Below are positions 46,279 through 56,163 of a stretch of 64,000 nt of DNA, one piece after another. The DNA lies in contig JALMLS010000562.1 in NCBI GenBank assembly GCA_038496445.1, positions 186,001 through 250,000 on the forward strand. The letters run 5' to 3'. This DNA is from Trichosphaerium sp. ATCC 40318 (taxonomy: Eukaryota > Protista > Tubulinea). The translations under genes were made by a program, and so were the position numbers. The stretch's first letter is position 1, and each line of letters begins with the position of its first letter. Under the pieces are notes generated by a model. It was not told where the DNA came from. It saw only the letters and a list, made by a program, of their open reading frames with translations, and searched no databases.

Positions 46279-47908
46279 CTACTTTAACTCCTTAGCCTTC
46301 TTTTTTAATCCCAGGGCGCGTTTAATATTTGATTCAATTCCGTAGGCGTTTTGATACTCTTCAAGTTCTTGAATGTGCAATGCAACACCCAGTACAAAAA
46401 TGTCAGGATCATAGTGAGGTAATCGCACGTCGTCGAAAATATCAAACCGCCACACCTTGTCCGATGTTCGCGCAATGTTATCAATAATCTAGTGACATTC
46501 GTGAGCTAAAAAAAATTCTTGTTCAAGACAAGGAATGGCGCACTCTGTAGAGAAAATTTGATTGGCAATTAGCCTTTGCCAGTATCAAGTTGGGAGGTGG
46601 CGGCGAGCCACCAGGCCTCCAAAGTTGTGACCAGAACATCCTAGCTATTTGCAATTATTAGCAACTTGACATGTATTGATTGCTACTACATACTAATGAA
46701 TGCTGTGCTATGTGTGTACCCCTGAATCATAGGGACAGAGTCTGTAGGATCTGTGATGATGTATCTGGAAATGTCAGTCAAATTGCACTTACTTAAAAAA
46801 CGCAATTCTGAATAAAGAAATTGTGATTGCTTGGTTCGTACTTTGAAGGTCGCCCAGTTTCTTTATCTACAATAGAATAAATGTGCCCAAGAACCTCTCC
46901 TGAAGGCTACCGAAAGCGTTACAATTAACAAAGACGGACAAGCAGTACCCGTTTTATCTGACTTCCGTGTCGTCTTCTAAAAATTGACAACACAGTCTGT
47001 CCATTCCTCACGCAATGCAACTCCTCAAAATTCACCATATAACACGTGGATAAACCAGCGCGATCCCATGTCGGGAGAGGACCAATATTTTTTCGCAGTC
47101 GTATTTCTAGTGGGATAGGCCAATAGCAATCAAGAAGGCACTTAGCGTTTGAATTTGTGTGAAGATATGTTTCATGTTCAAAGTGGCGGTCTTGTCCTAC
47201 TGGAATCTCATCTGCTTCAAACTTCTGTGGATACGGCGTTCTACCTTCAAGCCACTTTACCGAATGTTATTTTATTTAACGCACGTGATTCTTTGACGTA
47301 CTTGTGTCAATCCCCATTTGTGCATGAAGTGTTCCACTTGAGCTTTGCCAGCACTTGCCCTGAACATTGAAACACTTCCTGTTCTACAAAAGTGTTCATA
47401 CTCCTCTTTGTATGCAAAGTTTTCTGCCGGTAAATAGAATCCTTCTGATCCTGTGTACTTTGGTCTTGATCTGTAACGGTATGCTAGAGGATCTACAACA
47501 TCACCATCTTGTGTCATCCCATTAACAACTTTACCCCTTCGCGAATTAATGAGTGTCTGTTACAACAGTAAGCACTTGACCAATGTATTTCGTTTCAAAC
47601 AGTGTCTACGTGCCTCGTACGCTTTCTTCAACTCGATGAAATGGCTCTCTGCATCTTTACGCTTGCTAATGTCCGGATGGTATTTTTTAGCTCTCTGTTG
47701 AGCGTCAGCAAGTGAATGGTAGTAAATGGCGTACCTTAAAGAACGCAGACTTTATTTCCGCAGGTGTTGCGCCTCGTTCAACGCCAATAACCTCATAAGG
47801 GTCCTTCTTGGCGCCCCATGTGTGACATGTACGTAACTTTACACATCGTCGCTTTTGCGCTGCATGTGAAGTGAATAATGTACGTCCAATAACATTTGTA
47901 CGCAACAT
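46279..47908 (-). CDS. J-domain protein with presequence-like N-terminus and unknown C-terminal domain
   Basis: [31 protein letters not shown]...FIELKKAYE. Downstream exons stay in frame to TAG. Confidence 0.8.
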
Positions 47909-48040
47909 TAGGTGACTGCCACACCAACCACTGCAGCCATTTGTCAACCGCATTCTTGCTGTTTTTTTTTTTGTTTTTGCTCAATTTCTTCATACAGAAA
48001 ACTGTTTAATAGTGGAGTCGCTCATTATCGCCCACTAATA

Positions 48041-48915
48041 ATGGAGGAGGATATTCAGGCGCTAGGTACGTAAACAAGACATTTTTACATGAGGTTTGCC
48101 TAATGCTGTGTAGAGTCTATATATGAAGATGATTTCTACGGTACGGAGCTTTGAAAGGGTCCTTACGCTTATTCAGAACAGAAACAGATAAACCTGGTTA
48201 TTATCGCTTGGCTCTCTCCTCTGAAGAAACAGAGCAATGTACTGGCGAAAAAACATCAATTAAAACTAACATCTTTTTAGCTGTAATCATCGAATTTTCT
48301 TTTGGCGACGGTTAGCGACAGGATTTGACACCTTTCATTATCTTAATACGCACATAGGTTACCCCGATGAAGCACCTTTGCTTTCTATAATGCAGGCAAA
48401 AACAAACCCACTTTCAAAAGCACAATGCCAAGAGTTATTAAAAAAATTACAAGAGATGGTTCGTGTCACTCGATGTTACTCTTTCATTTATCTAACGTAT
48501 ACGCCAATAGGCAGAAGAAGAACTTGGTGAACCAATGATGTGCAACATTGCTATGGAAGCAGAGAGCTATTTAAATGAGCAAGATGAAGATGAAACGGGA
48601 GCTGCCGAAGAACAAGACATTGACGAACTACCGGAGAGAGATGAAGATCTGCCTGAATCCAACTTGGGTACACCTGTCACCAAGGAAAGCTTTGCAGAGT
48701 GGCGACGAGAATTTGACATGGAACGAGCAGCGCTTAAAGCATCACAAGTAAAACAACAAAAGAAAAAAGATAAGACACCAAATATTACAGGCAAAGCGTT
48801 CTTTTTGGCGCAGTTCGGGTTAGAAGGCAAAGTAGAGAAACCTCGTATACAATGGGGAATATTCGTTGACGAGCTGTACGACACCGCAGGTAAATTCTTA
48901 CCACTGACGTGCTAA
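48041..48915 (+). CDS. RWDD1: RWD-domain protein 1 (Gir2-like)
   Basis: EDIQALESIYEDDF, YPDEAP and GTPVTKESFAEWRREF...TGKAFF. The 3' end is uncertain. Confidence 0.85.
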
Positions 48916-49125
48916 GTGCCTGTCAAAATAAAAAACAAAATGCAATTAAAAAAATACGCGCTATTCAGTGTAAGAATTTCGTAAAATAACTTGGGCATGG
49001 TACATATTACGTATGGAGCGTTGTAAAAGACAACAAGGCCCAAAATTCAGAAAAAATGCTCAAAGACGACTTAACTGTCCTAACCTTAACGTGGTCATAT
49101 CGATCGGTATCCAATCTCACCACAA

Positions 49126-49852
49126 ATGCCAGCTCGCACAAGAAGATGTGCGTGTAGAATATTAGCGTAATACGTTTACTTATAGGACTTAGCAAGGTCA
49201 TCTCAGCCATCGAAGCAAAAAAAGGCTCACTTTCTTGCCAAAGGTCAAGACCGCTACAAGCGTATGTCTATTAACCTTTCTCGTGACTTGAGAAAAAAAT
49301 ATGGGGTGCGTATTTGCGAAAAACAACATAACACGCGCCAATTACGTTGTTGTGGAGACTCACGCACTTTGGGAAGAAAAAGCCCTGCTCTTCACAAAAT
49401 TATTGTAGTTTTGTTACTTACTTGTGTTTTAGTGCCGTTCTTTGCCTGTGCGTAAAGGCGATGAAGTTATTGTACAACGTGGTCAGTTCAAGAACCGTGA
49501 AGGCCGTGTAATCAATGTATACCGTTTGAAATACTGCATCTACATTGAGAAACTCACAAGAGACAAAGCTAATGGTACGGCAGCGCGCCTCCTTCAAAAA
49601 TTCGCATTAAATTGTTTTTTTTGTTTTTTTTCGTTTTGTGCGCTACTATACGCAATAAACAAGCACTAATAACTGATTTTAGGTCAACAATACGCTGTCC
49701 CAGTTCACCCATCTAACTGCGTTCTCTCCAAACTAAAGCTTACACGTTCTCGTGAGGTTATCCTTGAAAGGAAAAAGGGTGCCGGTGATGTTAAAGGAGA
49801 AATACACGAACAACAAGAAACCGAAGATGTTGCCATGTCAACTGTAGATTAA
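49126..49852 (+). CDS. RPL26: 60S ribosomal protein L26 (uL24)
   Basis: [34 protein letters not shown]...TRDKANG...VHPSN. Confidence 0.95.
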
Positions 49853-50124
49853 ACTTCAATTTTTGTCGCCAATAAAATATACCGATGTACCTTTGCAAAC
49901 AATTCTCTACTCTCCTACCCACCTGCAACATTTGTGCCTATGTACATTGCAGTGTACACCAAAAGTTTTTTTGTTGAAATGGCCTTTTAAAGAAGGGTTC
50001 AGTCTTGTACCGTTAAATAGTAAGTATGGTCCAATCTTGGGCTGCTCATTGAACCAGAGAAGGCGCGCAGACATTCGAAAGCGTTTTTGGAAGTACTTTG
50101 ACTTACATTTCTGAGAAACGCGAC

Positions 50125-50635
50125 ATGCAAAGGAGAGGAAGAAAAAGGCGATTGGATGATACCACAATCTCTCCTGAGAGACGCCATTTTCGTCCTAGGA
50201 AGAATATTAGGAAGGATAACCAAGCAATTTACGGTATTTCTAACCGTTAATTAACACAACGCTCTAAAACCAAATAGAAAGAACCCTGGCTAAGTTAAGA
50301 AAGGCCCAAAAGCCAAAACAGTCTTTTAGGTTTCCCGCTGTCAACACGCCAATGTTTGGTGGCGAAACTTGTCGTATATGCACAAACACACGCTCTTCAA
50401 GCGTTTCTTGCTCATTCTGCGATAAAAGGGCTTGTTCTAGTTGTACTGGTACCTGCGTCACTTGTAATGAACATTTTTGCCCTGTGTGTAGCGTCACACT
50501 GTATCCTAAGCGTTCTAGCTGTTTTATTCTTTTTTAAATCTGTAACTTTTATTTTCTTAACAAAATAGCTATCAATCGTGTGGTGATGTTACGATGTGTC
50601 TAGATTGCCACGCCGAAAATCGCGAAAATTTGTAG
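50125..50635 (+). CDS. SIVA1-like Cys-rich zinc-finger protein
   Basis: QAIYERTLAKL helix followed by CRIC...CSFC...CSSC...CVTC...CPVC...CLDC, the Cys spacing of SIVA. Confidence 0.7.
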
Positions 50636-50936
50636 CGAAATTGATCACCCCTGTAAAACAAGCTGTACATAAAATTGATAAAACAACCCATCCACCTTTA
50701 ATTTGACTTGATTTTTGCAAATCCATTGCCTGTAATAGAGTACCAATGCTGTGGCATATCTGTAACTTGTAAACTGACAAATTCTGTAAAAGAAATTTAC
50801 GTAATGGCTAAATCAATATGTTTATTACAAGTTTTGTAAGTTGTAAATTCCGTGTTCGTCTCCGTTCAGTGTGATTTTGGTTTGTTACAATGTAGTCTGA
50901 TTTGTTTGTACATGCGATCTTGATTGAGAGTTAAAG

Positions 50937-53357
50937 TTATCTCATTTCATTCTTCAATGATTTTAGTTGTCTTGGCAAGCAGCCAGCAGTGGTGGACGGT
51001 CCTGTTTTGATAGGATAATATTACAAGATTCATTACCACGCCACGCGGATAGCAACTGACGCTGATCACCTAGCATGAGTACAAACACACAACAACCGTA
51101 TGCTACACTTGGTTAAGAATTATTGGTAAAAAAAATACTTACTTTGATTTTCTAGTTGTTCACGTGTTTCCTTGTCGAACTGAAGGAACTTTGGATGCTT
51201 TTCGGTTAGCAGCAGAATTGCGTCTTTTTTTGTAATAGTCACTACTCTTTTCGTAAGGAAAGGGTATAATACATTTAATCCTGAAGGTTCAATCCGGTAG
51301 TCACAATTGTCTTGCAGTGAACCATCGATTCGTTTAAATAAGCAAATACCAACTCTGAAAACCTGAATATTGTGACGTGTCAATGGTGATACAAAGATAG
51401 CGTCAAAACAGACAAAACGCACATTTATATTGAGTTGCGTAATGAGGTCGGATGTTCCTTTAGACATTATATAAAGCTTTTTTTTGCCAGCTGAAGACGT
51501 CAATAGTTGTGTATTTGGGAAGTCGTCCTTTATGCCATAGAACTTTCTGAGATTTTTGTTACAAATTGGATGAGGTGAGCCAAAGCGTACTTGATTCTTA
51601 GCCATATTGGATCAATACCAGCAGAGTAAGGAATGAAATCAAAACTACCTTGCGCTTTGTGAGTGGGTGTTTCAGTGTCGCGTAATTTGGTTTCTATTGG
51701 TGCTACAGACGGCAACTTTTCGATAATTGCAACAAAGAAGCCACCAGTATTTTGTTTATGAGGTAAAACTCGAATACTAGAAAGTCGTTATCAGTACAAA
51801 CTCCCGATCAAAGTATGCAATAGAAGTTAGTTGGACCTACCAATGTTTGAGCTCTGGCATTTCTTTTGTTGGAGGAAACAAAGACGCTGGATAATGTTGC
51901 TTCGCAATATCAGGAACTTCTTCAAACTTACTAAAGAGTTTATCTTTCATTGGTACCTAGAACAGTTACACTTCTGATTCCTTCAAAACTTGAATTCACA
52001 ATTACTTACCTTCCAGCTTGTGAGTCCTTTTTCATATAATAATCCTTTGAGGTATGGTGTTGGATCGACTAATCTTATTTGCCCTAAATTGTTGTTGGAT
52101 AATTTTTCTTAGCATTGTTCACCGTGCCTTCGAACTCTGCTAGAGTGGATGCGACTACTGATTCATCTTCAATTGGGTTCAGAGAACATGTAGAGTATAC
52201 AATACGTCCAGAAGGTTTTAAGAGGTCAATGCCTCTATGAAGTATTTTCTTTTGTAACAAATGAAGATCATGTCCTTTTTTTACAGTCCACTTCTTCCAC
52301 AAGTCTGGGTTCTTCCTTATGGTACCGTCTCCTGAGCATGGTACATCTGCAAGTACTCGATCGAACACCTGGCGGCCAGGAAATAGTGCTGCATTGTGCG
52401 CAGTAATAACGCGAAGGGGTGTTTTCTGTTTAGCTGTTTGTGTGTCCAGTATGTTACAACGCTTTTTGTTTATGTCGTTGGCAACTACAGCTCCCCCAAG
52501 TAAGTCCTTTGATTCATCCTCGTTTCGTAACATATTTATAATTTGTGTTGTCTTTGAACCTTTGGTAATTTATGTTATCTAACACATTTCTTTAGAGCAC
52601 GTGTAAATTACCTGGTGCTGCGCACATATCAAGTACTCTATGTCCAGGCTTCACATCTAGACAAAGAGGAGGAAGCATCGATACTGCTTCTTGACGTACA
52701 ATGCTGCCTTTGCTCGCGAGCTCAATCAATAATGAGCGAAATTCCTTTAAACCTTCACAGTTTTTAAGAGTTTTTTTAGAGGCATTGCAAACCCAAGCCC
52801 CAGAATCTGGATACCTACACGTAGGTAAGAGCTAAGCACCATAGCTGGTAAGGTAAATGTAAGTTGACACATACCATGGGAGAGGTTGAGGAGGTGGTAT
52901 GACTTTGCCTTCATGTTCAATTGTTCCCCACTTCAGACTTTTAATGCGATCTATGACATGCTTACTAGTTGATTTGTTTGCAATTCTGAAAGTGGTAGGA
53001 AGCTAAATTGAATGTCATGTCATCAACAATTTATTTTTTAATTACCCTTGTTTATGATTAGCTCAATCGATGTAAAATACCGTGTATACGCGTACCTGTC
53101 CTTTAGAATGCCCATAAATGTGGTAAATTCGCTTTCCTAACCAGAATTAGATTTAATGTCTTTTTAACGTAGTCAAGCATTATGTTCGTGCCTCTACTAT
53201 GCCTTGCGCCTACAAATACGTTAATTATTGGTTGTACTCAACCACTTACCTTGTAATATGCCTCAAACTTCTCATTTTCGTATACAAACTCAGTCCAGGT
53301 GCCTCTTCTCGTTGTTTCGTTTTCTTTTAGTTTTTTGGCTGGTGCTGAGCCCTCCAT
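50937..53357 (-). CDS. NSUN2: tRNA m5C methyltransferase NSUN2/Trm4
   Basis: RQEAVSMLPP, VLDMCAAPGSKT, FDRVLADVPCSGDGT, YSTCSLNPIEDE and LPHKQNTGGFFVA. Confidence 0.95.
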
Positions 53358-53503
53358 ATTGTCCTTTCGTTTCATTACTCGCTATGCAAACGTCTCAAAT
53401 AATATAAACAATCGCTGTGTTGACCGTTATGAGAAAAATCGCAATACAAAAAAAGAATATTTATTTCTACGCTCTACAAAAAAAAATTGTGACAACCTGG
53501 TTT

Positions 53504-54849
53504 TTACATAGAAAAGCTTATTTTGCTTCTTGCGTTGCTTGTATTAAGGAGCTTCTCTTTTCGTTTTTCCTCTTCCATTTTTTCTAAGAGTTCCTTGTAC
53601 CTAGCCTCGTCTTCTCGTCGCTTTTGGTCAACCTAATGGAACGTGAGTGAATGACAGTCTTACTACGGTGCTTTTTTTTTTTTCAGCTATTGCATGATGT
53701 TAGGGGTCGGCCATATTTTCATCCCATTTCGTCACGTGTAGGCAAGTTTACTCTCAGTCACGATATTTTGGCAATTTTAAAATTTTGGTGTAGTTGTTTC
53801 ACATGACAAGTCAAGAACTTCAAAATAAGGCAAGTAACCGAATAAATGTGTACCCGTTCGAGTTCTGCCCTCTCCAACTCTTTCTTGCGCTCTTCATTAA
53901 GTTTTACTTGCTGTTTAGCAAGAGTCTCTTGTTGTAACTTTATCTTTTTTTCATTTTCTTCTATAATTTTGTCCAAGTCTTGTTTCGCTTTTATTCGCTC
54001 TTGGATTGCCTCTTCCTTTTGAAGAAATGTGAGAAAACAGAAAATGAGTTTGCACTTTGTACCTGTTGTTTACGTACTTCGTCTATAATTTGTTGGCGCT
54101 GTTGTTCTGTTTCTTTTAGCACCCATTGCTTTATGTTTTGCATGTCTTTTGCGATAGATTGTTTGACATCTAATACAAATTTTGGGGACGAAATGATCTG
54201 TTCGAACTTGTCTTTGATGAGTTGCTCAAACTGTAACGTTGTCCGTTCGTTGAATAACTCTTGCTCCATTTGTACACGTTTTCTAAAAGCTGTTACAATC
54301 TTTTTTTTTGGTGAAATAGAGAAACTTCTCTGCTGGCTTTTTGTGTTGGTTTATTCTCTTGTTACGGTTTATTAGCACTACGTACTCTGTTAACCGCTCC
54401 TTGGTTGCTGGTGACAAGCTTCGTGGTTTCTGTACTTTGACTTTCGCAGGAGAACGACTGGGAGAAGCCCTTCGCCTACGTTTGCGTCTTCCACGCGATT
54501 TATCTCGTGTACTTGACCTACTTCGTCTTTTGCTCCTTCTATTGTAAACCTTAGGTCTGTTTTCGAGTGTAGTTTGTACAATACAACAAACGAGAATCTT
54601 CAAGATGTAACGCGGTTTAATTTTCTACCAAAGGCCTGCTACGTCACATAGCCAATGAAAGAAGGTAAATAAACGCTTTTTTTTTGTACATCTGACGCTG
54701 AACCAACTGGTGGCGTTTTGTTTGCCCCGCGTTAATGTAGAAAGTACTGCATACCCAAAACGATCTCTACGAGTTCGGCTTCTAGAGCGCGACCTGGAGC
54801 GTGAATAAGAACGTGATCTTGATCTCGACCTAGACGGCGAGCGAGGCAT
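53504..54849 (-). CDS. ARGLU1: Arginine/glutamate-rich protein 1 (RS domain + coiled coil)
   Basis: RS-repeat N-terminus, LDKIIEENEKKI and C-terminal RSKISFSM* (compare RPKLSFSL). Confidence 0.8.
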
Positions 54850-55394
54850 TGGTACACCTACCCAACCTGTAACAATTTGAATGATACGCGTGTTGACCAA
54901 AGTAGCAGTTATTATTGCAAATTGCATAAGGCAAGAAAGTAAAGCATCACAGTTTTCCTCCTCTTCGTTTGTCGGTTTGTTTTTGCCATTGCTGCAATGT
55001 TTTGTATTGCTTTTGGGGGTATGTGCCTCTTAGAGAGCATGGTTGAAAGGTAACAATGAGGTAAGTCCACGGGATATATTGATTAAGTTTGACGTTAGAT
55101 AATAAAATATCTTGAAGTTACAGTGCTAGCCAGTTGCTCAATCACACTTGTGCTTACGCTCAGTGAGCTATCATGGTGAGTAGTTATTATCACTTGCAAT
55201 TGTAGTTATCACAGAGATGTCGAGGTTGCACAGAGGCAACCAAAGGAATTTCTGCAGCATCCCTGATAGTGCAATTACGTATTGTTCCTATTGAAAGGGC
55301 ACGTGGTACTTCATCATAGCACCACACTCTCACCAATAGCGATACTTCAAATCACCGTACCTCATTTAGTACCTGTAATTTGTGAACCGTCGTA

Positions 55395-55435
55395 CACGGA
55401 GAACGACTAGGCTAAACTACAAAATGGTTTATTTA
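55395..55435 (+). promoter_or_regulatory. Candidate ncRNA upstream element + TATA-like box (copy 2)
   Basis: CACGgagaACGaCTAGGctaAACTACAaaATGgTTTATTTA, similar to 30235-30281. Confidence 0.35.
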
Positions 55436-55459
55436 CAGTATTTACAACGTTAAAAAATT

Positions 55460-55800
55460 GCGAAGGCTCCGGTTCAAACGTAAAAAATAACGTCCGTTAG
55501 AACATTGCCAACACGCTCGTTAATCTCCTGCGAAGTGCCTCCCGAAAGGTGCTTAGGCGTTGACAGTCGTGTGGTAGGGAGCTAGAACGCGTTAACAACG
55601 CTGTAAAAAAATTGGCACTATTACCCCTTTAGGTTTTTGTGTGGTGCGAGCATCTCTGGAAAACATAGTCCCTATGAGCGAGCTACGCCACATCTTTGGT
55701 TTTCTGTTAGTAAAAACGAAAATGGTACAAAACTACTCACTGTACGGTATGCATTGGATTGTGGTGCTTTTTGGCTCATTTTAGAATGTTTTGAACTCGA
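55460..55800 (+). ncRNA. Unassigned large structured RNA candidate
   Basis: A 71-nt hairpin (55506-55576), a second hairpin (55640-55692) and several long-range helices. G-U pairs form only on the + strand. No credible ORF. Ends are uncertain. Confidence 0.4.
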
Positions 55801-56163
55801 GTGCGTGGTTGTGGGAACAGAAAGCTGAACAGTGCAGGTGGTCAAATGAAAGTCAATGGTTTTTACAATTTTTTTTATTGTTCTTTAATGGCCATTATGT
55901 TGCCTAAAAAAGCGTGAATAGCACGTCGTTGAATGAGCTGTGCGTAGAAATGGAGAATGCTGCATCAGTACTTTCGTACGTTTGCCAAATAAGTCACTTG
56001 TGATTGTTTGATTAAAACGCACGACATTTTTATTCACATCTAACGTTTACAAAATACTTGTCGTAGTACAGCTATACATAGGAGGTTTGTTACTACAAGT
56101 CAATTACACATTTTTTTTTTCTGAGCTTTTCAAACGAACCCAAGAAAATTTCACTACAATTTA

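Noticed and set aside
55500-55700. U5 snRNA or RNase MRP/P identity
   Set aside because: The invariant U5 loop GCCTTTTAC is absent, and the P4-like strands occur in the wrong order for MRP/P.
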